Source: an uncultured Gemmatimonadales bacterium (GTDB lineage Bacteria; Gemmatimonadota; Gemmatimonadetes; Gemmatimonadales; GWC2-71-9). From it: a DNA stretch of 64,000 nucleotides. The stretch is from positions 1,600,001 to 1,664,000 of the forward strand of contig CAWHFW010000005.1 in NCBI GenBank assembly GCA_963828735.1. The letters run 5' to 3'. The notes under the pieces were generated by a model, which was not told where the DNA came from, searched no databases, and worked only from the letters and a program-made list of their open reading frames with translations. Made by a program: the position numbers and the translations under genes. Shown piece after piece: positions 1-9,294 of the stretch (the stretch's first letter is position 1; each line of letters begins with the position of its first letter).

Positions 1-944
1 TGGTCGCCGTCCTCGTCCTTCCGGCCGCGTTCCTCACATGGCTGCTGGCGGTCTGGCCGCCTCCCATCTGGTATCGCACCCACTGGCCCGCGACGACCGC
101 GTTCATGACGATGCGGGGCGGCGATCCCGCCCGGCGACGCTACCGTCCCGTGCCGCTCGATTCGATCGCCCGCAGCCTTCGCGACGCGACCACGACCGGT
201 GAGGACGCGCGGTTCTGGGGCCACCCAGGGCTCGACTACGTCGAGATCCGGCACGCGCTGGGGTATCGCCGCGCGAGCTTCGCCTGGGGCTCGGAGAGGG
301 ATCGGGAGGAGTTGTGGCGGGTGCTGGACAACGGGTGGGGGCGCCGCGAGGCGCTTCGCGGGGCCAGCACCATCACGCAGCAGGTGGCCAAGAATCTCTA
401 CCTGTCACCGTCGCGAAACCCGCTGCGGAAGATCAAGGAAGCCCTGACCGCCTATCGGTTGGAGCGGGCGCTGGGCAAGCGGCGGATCCTCGAGCTCTAC
501 CTCAACATCGCGGAGTTGGGTGACGGCATCTGGGGTGTCGAAGCCGCGAGCCGTCGCTACTTCAAGACCTCGGCGCGGCGACTGACCGACACCCAGGCTG
601 CGTCGCTCGCCGCTACGCTGCCGTTCCCGCTACGCTCGAATCCCGGGTACCGTCCGAGCCGCATGCGTCGCCGCCAGGACCTCATCCTCCGGCGAATGCA
701 CGGCGAGCCGATCGAGGTCCCGAAGGTCGAAGAGGAGCCGGTCATTCAACCCGGCGATACGATCCAGTGGACGCCGGGCATCGATTCTCTGCTCGATTCG
801 CTTCGAGCGCCGGTCGAGACGCTGCCGCCGTCGCCCGGGTCGGCCGGGGATTCGACCGCGGGATGGCCGCCCGCGGATTCAACCCCCGCGGGTGCGGCGC
901 AGGCGGATTCGGGAGCCATCATTCCATCCGATTCCTCGCCCTGA
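1..944 (+). CDS. mtgA: Monofunctional peptidoglycan transglycosylase (GT51), 5' end outside the window
   Basis: EDARFWGHPG, GASTITQQVAKNL, RKIKE and ILELYLN motifs; frame open from the window edge. Confidence 0.9.
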   Translation, partial: VAVLVLPAAFLTWLLAVWPPPIWYRTHWPATTAFMTMRGGDPARRRYRPVPLDSIARSLRDATTTGEDARFWGHPGLDYVEIRHALGYRRASFAWGSERDREELWRVLDNGWGRREALRGASTITQQVAKNLYLSPSRNPLRKIKEALTAYRLERALGKRRILELYLNIAELGDGIWGVEAASRRYFKTSARRLTDTQAASLAATLPFPLRSNPGYRPSRMRRRQDLILRRMHGEPIEVPKVEEEPVIQPGDTIQWTPGIDSLLDSLRAPVETLPPSPGSAGDSTAGWPPADSTPAGAAQADSGAIIPSDSSP

Positions 945-951
945 GAAACAC

Positions 952-982
952 GAAGGGGGCACGCGCTCGGCATGCCCCCTTC
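952..982. terminator. Hairpin between convergent genes
   Basis: GAAGGGGGCA...TGCCCCCTTC inverted repeat. Confidence 0.6.
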
Positions 983-1002
983 CCGCGCGGAGCGTCGCCG
1001 AC

Positions 1003-1440
1003 TCAAGCCGCGGGCTCGGGATCCGGCTGGGGTTCCCGGACGACACGATCCGCATCGGAGAAGCGCTCATCGGTCCGCCGCAGGCGCTCGGCGATCCGGC
1101 GCCGCACGTCCGGGCCGCTCTCCGGCGTGAGGAGCGCGACGAGGCCAGCGCCCACCGCCAAGCCGATCAGGGCCGAGGAGCGGCGCTGCCGCCGCCGCCG
1201 GACCACGCGCCGGCCGAGCTCGCGCCGGACGCCCTGGAACACACCCTCGGCGTCCCCCCGCAAATCCTTGATCCGCTCCCCGACGAGCCGGCGTGTCCTG
1301 GAGCCCTCCGCCGGCGCATAGAGCATGGCCGCTCCGGCCCCCAGGGCGAGTGCGAAGAGTGCAAGACCGAGAAAGCCACCGCCGCCCTCCTCCTCCTGCT
1401 CGGAGTCCTCGAGGTCGAAGTTGTCGATGTCCCTGCGCAT
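1003..1440 (-). CDS. YtxH-like membrane protein
   Basis: GGAGG RBS before ATG 1440; two GAGxxxLxxPxxGxxxRR YtxH-like motifs. Confidence 0.75.
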   Translation of the reverse strand: MRRDIDNFDLEDSEQEEEGGGGFLGLALFALALGAGAAMLYAPAEGSRTRRLVGERIKDLRGDAEGVFQGVRRELGRRVVRRRRQRRSSALIGLAVGAGLVALLTPESGPDVRRRIAERLRRTDERFSDADRVVREPQPDPEPAA

Positions 1441-1559
1441 ATGACCTCCACGCTGACGTTGTCCCGCTATCAATCCCGCAGACGAACGATCCCACCTCCC
1501 TAAAGTACTACGGTGCCCGCCGGCGAGGCCGGGGGCACCGTCACAGCAGCCACCGGCGA

Positions 1560-2675
1560 CTAGTCGACGAGGCGCAGTGGCATCACCAGCGTCAGATAGC
1601 TCGACGGGTCGTTCCACCCCACCGGTTCGCACGTGGCGGCACGCTCGGGGGCCTTGAAGGTCATCCTGACCTCGTCGGTCGGGATGTACTTCAGGATCTC
1701 CAGCAGGTACGACGCGTTGAAGCCGATCTCGAGCGGATCGCCGTCGTAGCTGACGGTGATCTCCTCCTGGGCCTCGCCCAGATCGGGGGTCTGGACGGAG
1801 AGCTTGCACGAGCCGTTGGCGAAGGCCATGCGGATCCGGTGTGTCTGGTCGCTCGCTACGATGCTCATGCGGCGGAGCGCGGCGGAGAACGCGGCCTTGT
1901 CGGCAGTGGCCGATTTGTCGTTTTCGCGAGGGATGACCTGCTCGTAGTTCGGGTAGGGTCCCTCGATGAGCCGGGTGAACACCTGGGTCGACGCCGATCG
2001 GAACCCGAGATGGTTCTCGCTGCGGGCGATCTCGACCTCCTCCTCGGCTTTGAACAGGCGGCGGATCTGCTCGAGCGCCTTGGGCGGCACGATGAGATCG
2101 GCCTGGGCCGAGCTGCCTGCGGGCGGCGTGGGCACGTCCATCCGGGCCAGGCGGTGCCCGTTGGTGGCCACCATGCGCATGCGCTCCGGCCGGAGCTCCC
2201 AGAGCACGCCGTTGAGAATCGGCCGGCTTTCCTCGGTGCTCGCCGCGAAGGCCACGTGGGCGATGAGCTTCTGCAGGTCCTTGGACGACGTGCGCCAGCC
2301 GCCGTCGAACTTCACCGTCGGGAACGCGGGAAATTCCTCGCGCGGGAGGCCGAGGAGGCGGAACTTGGAGCGGCCGCATTCGATGCTTACCCGCTGCTCA
2401 CCCGATGCGGTGAGCCGGATGGCCGCACTCGGGAGCTCGCGCACGATCTCGACCAGCTTGCGCGCCGGGAGCGTGATGGCGCCCTCCTGATCCACCGACG
2501 CCGACACCGTGGTGCTCACCGAGATGTCGAGATCGGTCCCCGAGAGACGAATGGCGTCCTTGGTCGCCTCGAGGAGAATGTTGGACAGGATGGGAAGCGT
2601 CGTCTTGGCCGGCACGCTGGCAGCGACCGCGACGAGGCCTTCCTGGAGTTGCTCCCGCGTAATGGTGAGCTTCAT
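1560..2675 (-). CDS. dnaN: DNA polymerase III beta sliding clamp
   Basis: TLPILSNILL, SRPILNG, ATNGHRL, LIEGPYPNY, C-terminal VMPLR; next to dnaA. Confidence 0.98.
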   Translation of the reverse strand: MKLTITREQLQEGLVAVAASVPAKTTLPILSNILLEATKDAIRLSGTDLDISVSTTVSASVDQEGAITLPARKLVEIVRELPSAAIRLTASGEQRVSIECGRSKFRLLGLPREEFPAFPTVKFDGGWRTSSKDLQKLIAHVAFAASTEESRPILNGVLWELRPERMRMVATNGHRLARMDVPTPPAGSSAQADLIVPPKALEQIRRLFKAEEEVEIARSENHLGFRSASTQVFTRLIEGPYPNYEQVIPRENDKSATADKAAFSAALRRMSIVASDQTHRIRMAFANGSCKLSVQTPDLGEAQEEITVSYDGDPLEIGFNASYLLEILKYIPTDEVRMTFKAPERAATCEPVGWNDPSSYLTLVMPLRLVD

Positions 2676-2699
2676 GCCGCTCCTTGCCGGGGAAAAAGC

Positions 2700-2880
2700 A
2701 GTACTACTCTACCCTTTTATAATACTTAGCAGTGGTAGTAGAGGCTCTGGAAATGTGGGCCGGTGGCGTAACGTCACCGGCCTTCCGCATTTGCTGGCTC
2801 CGCATCGTGTCGACATCCTGTGGGGCGTGGGGACGATCCGCCAGGTATACCCACGCTCGTCCAGAGTTCCCACACGACGA
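2700..2880. other. Candidate oriC (AT-rich stretch, DnaA-trios, degenerate DnaA boxes)
   Basis: TTTTATAATACT, then TAG CAG TGG TAG TAG (2727-2741), AGGC, TCTGGAAA TGTGGGCCG, in the dnaA-dnaN gap. Confidence 0.7.
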
Positions 2881-2894
2881 CCGACGAGCGGGGA

Positions 2895-4277
2895 TTATTC
2901 TGCGCACAACTCCTGACGCGCGTGGTCGACGCGCTCGCGGAAGGTGCGATCGCGCGACATCTGCCGGCTGACCTTGTCCACGCTGTGGATCACCGTGGAG
3001 TGATCGCGCCCCCCGAATGCCTGGCCGATCTCCACGAGCTGCATCTCCAGCAGCTCGCGCGCGAGGTACATCGCGATCTGCCTCGGCACCGTCAGCGTCT
3101 TGATGCGAGCCTTGGAGCGAAGCCCCTCGGGTGTCACTCCCCAGCGCCGGGCCACGACCTCCTGCACCTTGTTGATGGACGGCAGGGCCTTGGGCGAGGC
3201 CATCCCGTCCTCGCCGGGCCGGATCTTGTCGCTCAGCGCTTCGCGAGCCAGCTCGATCGACACTTCCTTGTGCTTGAGCGAGGCGAACAGCAGCAGCTTG
3301 ATGATGCAGCCCTCGAGCTCGCGCACGTTGGACCGGACGTGCTCGGCGATGAACCGCAGCACGTCGTCGGGAATGGTGAGCTCCAGGTGGTCCTGCTCCT
3401 GCTTCTTCCGCAGGATGGCGATCCGGTGCTCGAGGTCGGGCTGGCCGATGTCGGCCACCATGCCCCACTCGAACCGGCTGACCAGCCGGGCCTCGAGGCC
3501 CGGGATCTCCTTGGGCGGCCGGTCCGAGGTCAGCACGATCTGCTTGTTGCCCTCGTACAACGCGTTAAACGTATGGAAGAACTCCTCCTGCGTCATTTCC
3601 TTGCCTTCGAGGAAATGGACGTCATCCACCAGGAAGAGATCCACGTCGGCCCGGTAGCGCCGCCGGAATTCGGGCATCGTCCGGCTGTGGATGCTCTCGA
3701 TGACCTCGTTGATGAACTGCTCGGCGCCCACATACAGTACCCGCGTCTCGGGCTGGCGCTGGCAGACGCCGTGCGCGATGGCCTGCATGAGGTGGGTCTT
3801 CCCCAGGCCGGTCGCACCGTAGATGAAGAGTGGGTTGTAGGTCTTGCCGGGAGACTCCGCCGCCGCGTGGGCGGCCGCGGCCGCGAGCTCGTTGGACTTG
3901 CCGATAACGAAGGTATCGAAGGTGTAGCGCTCGTTGAGTGGCTGCGTGCTGGGATTGACCGGAACGACCGCGGCGGCTGGCACCGTGGGCGCGACGAAGA
4001 AATCCATCTGCGGCCGCTTCTGACGATCCTCGTGGACGCGAAACACCACCGACGTCGGGTGTCCAATGACCGGTTCGGCCAGCTTGGACAGCAACGTCGC
4101 GTGCTTGGTCTCGTTCCACTCGACGGCGAACTGATCAGGCGCTCCGACGATCAGCCGGCCCTCATCGAGGGCAATCGCCTCGGTGGGCTCCAGCCAAGTC
4201 CGGATCGTGTGATCAGGAAGTTCGCGATGCGCCTCGTCGAGGATGCGCTTCCATGCGTCTTTAGCGGACAGCTGCAT
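2895..4277 (-). CDS. dnaA: Chromosomal replication initiator DnaA
   Basis: YNPLFIYGATGLGKTHL, QEEFFHTFN, SRFEWG, FGGRDHSTVIH. Confidence 0.99.
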   Translation of the reverse strand: MQLSAKDAWKRILDEAHRELPDHTIRTWLEPTEAIALDEGRLIVGAPDQFAVEWNETKHATLLSKLAEPVIGHPTSVVFRVHEDRQKRPQMDFFVAPTVPAAAVVPVNPSTQPLNERYTFDTFVIGKSNELAAAAAHAAAESPGKTYNPLFIYGATGLGKTHLMQAIAHGVCQRQPETRVLYVGAEQFINEVIESIHSRTMPEFRRRYRADVDLFLVDDVHFLEGKEMTQEEFFHTFNALYEGNKQIVLTSDRPPKEIPGLEARLVSRFEWGMVADIGQPDLEHRIAILRKKQEQDHLELTIPDDVLRFIAEHVRSNVRELEGCIIKLLLFASLKHKEVSIELAREALSDKIRPGEDGMASPKALPSINKVQEVVARRWGVTPEGLRSKARIKTLTVPRQIAMYLARELLEMQLVEIGQAFGGRDHSTVIHSVDKVSRQMSRDRTFRERVDHARQELCAE

Positions 4278-4317
4278 CGGGACTCGAAAACGGTGGGAGA
4301 TTGATCAAGGGCGAGAG

Positions 4318-4346
4318 ATGTTACGGAACGGTTGTGGAAAAGTCAA
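4318..4346 (-). promoter_or_regulatory. dnaA sigma70 promoter with a DnaA box in the spacer
   Basis: Minus strand TTGACT-17 bp-TAACAT; TTTTCCACA at 4333-4341. Confidence 0.7.
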
Positions 4347-4494
4347 CCGTGCTTCAAATCGCACTGCGGCGCACTTGACAGCGCGAAAAATTTGCGCACG
4401 CCCAGATGAAAGCATGCTGTCGCGATGGTGAGCGAGAGATCTGCGGATGCAGCGACGATGGCGCGGCGCGAGTTCCGGCAGCTGTGCCGCCAGC

Positions 4495-4523
4495 TTGACC
4501 GAAGGCCGATCTCTAACTAGGTT
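4495..4523 (+). promoter_or_regulatory. rpmH operon sigma70 promoter
   Basis: TTGACC-17 bp-TAGGTT, followed by a GGAGG RBS. Confidence 0.6.
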
Positions 4524-4552
4524 CCCCGGCTCACTTTGGAGGAACGCCCGCA

Positions 4553-4714
4553 ATGAAGCCATCGTATCGGCCGCGCAACAAGCGCCGGATCAACAAGCAC
4601 GGATTCCGCGCGCGCATGGCCACGCGCTGGGGACGGGCAGTCCTCTCCCGCCGCCGCAAGAAGGGCCGCAAGCGGCTCACGGTCTCGTTGCCGTCGAAGC
4701 ACGGGGGCTCCTGA
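4553..4714 (+). CDS. rpmH: 50S ribosomal protein L34
   Basis: Manual translation [45 protein letters not shown]...; too short for the ORF track. Confidence 0.97.
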   Translation: MKPSYRPRNKRRINKHGFRARMATRWGRAVLSRRRKKGRKRLTVSLPSKHGGS

Positions 4715-5064
4715 CGCCCTCGGCGCGCCTCCCGCGAGCCCACCGGCTCGCGCGCGCGTCGGACATTCGGCGGTGCCTCGGGCAAGGACGGCGGCGCCGC
4801 TTCGAGCATCTGGACATGATCTGGATGGACAACACGACGGGCCACCCGCGAATGGGACTGATCGTACCGAAGTTCCAGTCGACCGCGGTGGCCCGCAATC
4901 GTCTGCGGCGCCGCCTTCGCGAGATCTGGCGCCAGGATCTCCAGCCACACCAGCCTGCGTGGGACCTGGTCATTCGCGCGCGGCGCGAGGCCTACGGCGC
5001 GGCATTCGACAAGCTTCGGGCCGATCTGCTCGCGTGGCGCCAAGCGGTGCTGCGCCCCGAATGA
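4711..5064 (+). CDS. rnpA: Ribonuclease P protein component (probable CTG start)
   Basis: RMGLIVPK...[16 protein letters not shown] motif; position after rpmH. Confidence 0.9.
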   Translation: MTPSARLPRAHRLARASDIRRCLGQGRRRRFEHLDMIWMDNTTGHPRMGLIVPKFQSTAVARNRLRRRLREIWRQDLQPHQPAWDLVIRARREAYGAAFDKLRADLLAWRQAVLRPE

Positions 5065-5306
5065 CCGGCATGACGGTGGCGCCGCTCGTTCTCGCACCGC
5101 GCCGAGCGCTCGCCGCGCTCATCCGGGCCTACCAGCGCCTGGTCTCCCCGGCGTTGCCGTCCAGCTGCCGGTTTCATCCGTCCTGCTCCCAGTACGCACT
5201 CGAGGCGGTCACTAGGCACGGCGCCCTCCGGGGCTCGTGGCTGGCCGCCCGTCGCCTCGCCCGGTGTCATCCGTTCCACCCGGGCGGGTTCGATCCCGTC
5301 CCCTGA
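5061..5306 (+). CDS. yidD: Membrane protein insertion efficiency factor
   Basis: [32 protein letters not shown]. Confidence 0.95.
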   Translation: MTGMTVAPLVLAPRRALAALIRAYQRLVSPALPSSCRFHPSCSQYALEAVTRHGALRGSWLAARRLARCHPFHPGGFDPVP

Positions 5307-5323
5307 TCCCGTGACCTGAGCTC

Positions 5324-7021
5324 ATGGACCGACGTACCGTCTGGGCCATCCTTCTGATGATGGTGATCGCCATCGTGCCCGCCATCCTCATCAAGCGCCC
5401 GCCTGCCGCCAAGGCCGGTGCGGCGACCGCTCGTGACACCGCCACGACTGCGGCGCGAGCGCCGGCCGCGGCGCCGGGCCCGAGCGCCGGCGAGGATACG
5501 CTGCGCGCCAGCGCGGACACCTCGGCCCCGTCCGCGTCGGCCGAACCGGCCGTATCCACCGTCTCGGTCACGTCACCGCTCTATACCTACGGCGTGAGCA
5601 CGCAGGGTGGCCGGCTCGTGACCGCCCGGCTCACCCGCTATCGCTCCATAGCTCCCGAGGACGGCGGCAACACCGCCCAGATCCTGCCCAGGGACAGCCG
5701 GCTGCTCGGGCTCACCCTCGTGACGGGGCGCGACACCATCCCGCTCGAGAGCCTGCGATTCACGCCTTCGACCGATTCCCTCGATGCGACCCGCGGCGAG
5801 CCTCTTCGGCTCACAACCACCCGGGGACCGGTCCAGGTGGAGCTCGCCTACACGTTCGCGCCGGACGATTATCGCCTTCAGGTGCAGGGCCGGGTCACGG
5901 GCATCGGTCCCAATGGCGGCACCCTGTTCGTCGGGATGGGACCGACGCTGGCCAACACCGAGGCGAACATCCAGGAGAACCATCGGGCGTTGGCGGTGGT
6001 CACACGGCGGAACGACGCGGAACGGACCGACCTGAGCGGACTCACGCCGGGGCAGCCTAAGACGGTGAGCGGGCCGCTCGACTGGGTGGCCATGAAGTCC
6101 AAGTACTTCGTGACGGGTGTGTTCGCGTACGACAGCACGGGCGGTCACATCAGCGGGGCGAGCGTGACTGCCCGGCCGACGACCGAGAAGCATCCGGTCG
6201 AGGCCGATGTCCGACTCACCATCCCGGTCCCCGCGAATGGCGAGTTCGGCTATACGGCCTACGTCGGCCCGTTGGAGTACGACCGACTCGGCCGCATGGG
6301 CCGGGGCTTCGACGACGTGAACCCGTATGGCTGGCCCGGCTTCCGCACGCTCATCCGTCCCGTGGCGGTCGGCGTCCGCTGGCTGCTGGTCTGGATGCAC
6401 GAGCATCTGAGCCTCGCGTACGGGCTCGTGCTGGTCTTCTTCGGCATCCTCGTCCGGCTGCTGCTGTGGCCGCTCAACCAGAAGGCCATGCGCGCCAACA
6501 TGCAGCTTCAGGCGGTCCAGCCGTTGATGAAGGACATCCAGGAGCGCTACAAGAACGATCCGCAGAAGCTGCAACAGGAGATGTTCAAGCTGTACAAGGA
6601 GTACAACGTCAACCCGCTGGGCGGCTGCTGGCCGATGCTGCTGCCGATGCCGGTGCTGTTCGCGCTGTTCTTCGTCTTCCAGAACACGATCGAGCTGCGC
6701 GGGGCGTCGTTTCTGTGGCTCCCGGACCTCTCGCGGCCGGATCCGCTCTACATCATCCCGGTCATCATGGGACTGTCGATGTATGGGCTCAGCAAGGTGG
6801 GTCAGGTCGGGATGGAGCCGAACCCGCAGATGAAGATGATGCTGTACGTCATGCCCGTCATGATGACCTTCCTGTTCCTCAACTTCGCCTCCGGCCTCAA
6901 CCTGTACTACGCCGTGAGCAACATCGCGAGCATCCCGCAGCAGTGGATGCTCGCGCGCGAGCGCCTGAAGCGTGGGGCGGTAGGCACCGTCCGTCCGCCG
7001 GCCAAGGCCGGCAAAACCTAG
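5324..7021 (+). CDS. yidC: Membrane protein insertase
   Basis: N-terminal TM helix, periplasmic domain, NPLGGCWPML, FLWLPDLS, SGLNLYY. Confidence 0.97.
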   Translation: MDRRTVWAILLMMVIAIVPAILIKRPPAAKAGAATARDTATTAARAPAAAPGPSAGEDTLRASADTSAPSASAEPAVSTVSVTSPLYTYGVSTQGGRLVTARLTRYRSIAPEDGGNTAQILPRDSRLLGLTLVTGRDTIPLESLRFTPSTDSLDATRGEPLRLTTTRGPVQVELAYTFAPDDYRLQVQGRVTGIGPNGGTLFVGMGPTLANTEANIQENHRALAVVTRRNDAERTDLSGLTPGQPKTVSGPLDWVAMKSKYFVTGVFAYDSTGGHISGASVTARPTTEKHPVEADVRLTIPVPANGEFGYTAYVGPLEYDRLGRMGRGFDDVNPYGWPGFRTLIRPVAVGVRWLLVWMHEHLSLAYGLVLVFFGILVRLLLWPLNQKAMRANMQLQAVQPLMKDIQERYKNDPQKLQQEMFKLYKEYNVNPLGGCWPMLLPMPVLFALFFVFQNTIELRGASFLWLPDLSRPDPLYIIPVIMGLSMYGLSKVGQVGMEPNPQMKMMLYVMPVMMTFLFLNFASGLNLYYAVSNIASIPQQWMLARERLKRGAVGTVRPPAKAGKT

Positions 7022-7861
7022 CTATTCGACGATCGCCGTGGTGTCGGGGCGTGACAGGCGCACCCGCATCGAGCGCTGATCGATCGTGAGACGAAAGTGT
7101 CGAAGGGCCCGCGTGCCGATCGTCATCTGCGACGGGATGTCCGGCGGCAACGGGTGCACCGCAATCCTCGGCTGCCGAAACACGTGCCGCCCGAGCTTGA
7201 GGTCACCGGCCAGGCGCGCCTCCTTGATGTCCACCGGCGAGGTCCCGCCGACGATGGCACGGCCCACGACCCGAGGCGTGCCGGCGAAGGCCAGGTGATC
7301 AGCCACCGCTGGCACGGCTTGGAACAGCATCCCGCCCTGCGTATCCACCACCCCGACCTCTCTCACACCGCCAACATCGACCGGTAGGCCGATGAACGGG
7401 CCCACCCGGACCGCCTGGAGAATCTCCAGGCCGTCGGATGGCGGCAGGCTTCCCCTGGACAGGCTCAGTCGCCCGGCGGGATAGTCGACCGTGAGCAGCA
7501 AATCCGCGTACGCCTCGAGGCCCAGAACACCATCCACACCGAGGCGAGCGAACCCGTCGTCCCGCCCGACCCTGAGCCCGCCGATCACCATGTCACCGAT
7601 GCGAAGTGAGTCGAGATGGAACACGGAGTCGGAGCCGTTCACGCCCGCCGATGGGAGCCTCAGCTCGCCGACGATGCGCGTCGCCAGCAGGACGTCGGGC
7701 GAGCCGGTCTCGACCGCCAGGCGGTATGGACCCTTGCCGTTGAGCCTTGCGAGGACCACCGCGCGGTCACCGTCGACCAGCTCGATCGGCACCGCCGTCG
7801 AGTCCGGGCCGCCGAGCGTCAGGGTCGGGCCGAGACCGAGCAGACACACCAGGGCCATCAT
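7022..7861 (-). CDS. Secreted two-lobe retropepsin-like (aspartyl protease fold) protein
   Basis: Signal peptide; ETGS...DGVLG and DTQG...TIG lobes. Confidence 0.7.
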   Translation of the reverse strand: MMALVCLLGLGPTLTLGGPDSTAVPIELVDGDRAVVLARLNGKGPYRLAVETGSPDVLLATRIVGELRLPSAGVNGSDSVFHLDSLRIGDMVIGGLRVGRDDGFARLGVDGVLGLEAYADLLLTVDYPAGRLSLSRGSLPPSDGLEILQAVRVGPFIGLPVDVGGVREVGVVDTQGGMLFQAVPAVADHLAFAGTPRVVGRAIVGGTSPVDIKEARLAGDLKLGRHVFRQPRIAVHPLPPDIPSQMTIGTRALRHFRLTIDQRSMRVRLSRPDTTAIVE

Positions 7862-7949
7862 GGAAGCCTCGGCAGAAAGGGTTTGCGGCGGATGACGCTA
7901 GCAGGGTGCGTCGGCGCCGAGGACGGTCGCGCGTGATAAGTTCTGTGCG

Positions 7950-9278
7950 ATGCTCACCGATCCCATTGCCGCGCTGGCGACGCCGCCGGGCCGCTCCGCC
8001 CTGGCGGTAATCCGGCTGAGCGGCTCCGGCGCCCTGGAGGTCGCGGCACGGGTCATCGAGCACTTCACGGCCAGCCCGGAACGAACCGCGACCCTCGCCG
8101 CCTTTCATGATGCAGCCGGCGAGACGCTCGACCGCGGCGTCTACACGGTCTTCCGGGGTCCTCGCAGCTATACCGGCGAGGATCTGGTCGAGCTCTCGTG
8201 CCATGGGGGACTCCTGGCGCCAACCCGCGTGCTCTCCGCGCTCTACGAGGCCGGAGCCCGGCCGGCCGCGCCGGGCGAGTTCACCCGGCGCGCGGTACTG
8301 AACGGCAAGCTCGATCTGGTCCAGGCGGAGGCGGTCGGTGATCTGATCGACGCAACCGCGCCCGCCCAGGCCCGCGCCGCGCTCCGGCAGCTCGACGGCG
8401 GCCTCTCGGGGCGCCTCGCCGACCTTCGGCACGCCCTCGTCGAGACCGAAGGATTGCTGGCGTACGACATCGATTTTCCCGGCGAGGACGACGGCCCGGT
8501 GCCTCCGGCTCGTATCGAGGCGGAGATCGCGTCGGTCACGACGCGGATCGAGCGCCTGCTGGACGGGGCGCCCGCCGCGGAGCGGCTGCGCGAGGGCGCG
8601 CTGCTGGTGCTCGCCGGGCGGCCCAACGCCGGCAAGTCGTCGCTGTTCAATGCGCTCCTCGGCAGCGACCGCGCGCTGGTCACCGAAATTCCCGGCACGA
8701 CGCGCGATGCCGTCGAGGCCCACACCGATTTCCTCGGCTGGCCGGTCCGGCTTGTGGATACCGCCGGCCTGTGGGATGCTCCCGACCCGATCGACCGGCT
8801 CGGTGTGGGCGTGAGCCGTCGCTATCTCGCGTCGGCGGACCTGGTGCTGCTCTGCGTCGAGACCGGCCGTGCGCCGGGGCCCGACGAATCCGCGGTTGGC
8901 GCCGACCGGCCGACGCTGCTCGTGCGCACCAAGGCCGATCTCGCGGCCGACGCGCCGGGCGGCGGTGTCCCCGTCTCGGTCATGTCGGGCACCGGCCTGG
9001 GCGACGTGCGACGCGCCGCGGCGGAGCAGGTGTTCGGTGAGCGGATGGCCCTCGTCGACCTCGAGCCGGCCCTCGGCCGGGCGAGGCAGCGGACGGCGCT
9101 CGCCCGGGCGCGCGAGGCGCTCGCCGCCGCGCTCGAGCAGCTCCGGGGCTCAGGCGACTCGGTACTCGTCGCCCACCACGTACGCGAGGCCACCGCTGCA
9201 CTGGACGAGCTGGTCGGGGCGGTGGACATCGAGGACGTGCTGAACCGGGTGTTCGCGAGCTTCTGCGTGGGGAAGTAG
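7950..9278 (+). CDS. mnmE: tRNA modification GTPase
   Basis: SYTGED, GEFTRRA, GRPNAGKSSL, GTTRD, DTAG, C-terminal FCVGK. Confidence 0.98.
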   Translation: MLTDPIAALATPPGRSALAVIRLSGSGALEVAARVIEHFTASPERTATLAAFHDAAGETLDRGVYTVFRGPRSYTGEDLVELSCHGGLLAPTRVLSALYEAGARPAAPGEFTRRAVLNGKLDLVQAEAVGDLIDATAPAQARAALRQLDGGLSGRLADLRHALVETEGLLAYDIDFPGEDDGPVPPARIEAEIASVTTRIERLLDGAPAAERLREGALLVLAGRPNAGKSSLFNALLGSDRALVTEIPGTTRDAVEAHTDFLGWPVRLVDTAGLWDAPDPIDRLGVGVSRRYLASADLVLLCVETGRAPGPDESAVGADRPTLLVRTKADLAADAPGGGVPVSVMSGTGLGDVRRAAAEQVFGERMALVDLEPALGRARQRTALARAREALAAALEQLRGSGDSVLVAHHVREATAALDELVGAVDIEDVLNRVFASFCVGK

Positions 9279-9294
9279 CGCGGAGCGTCGGCGG

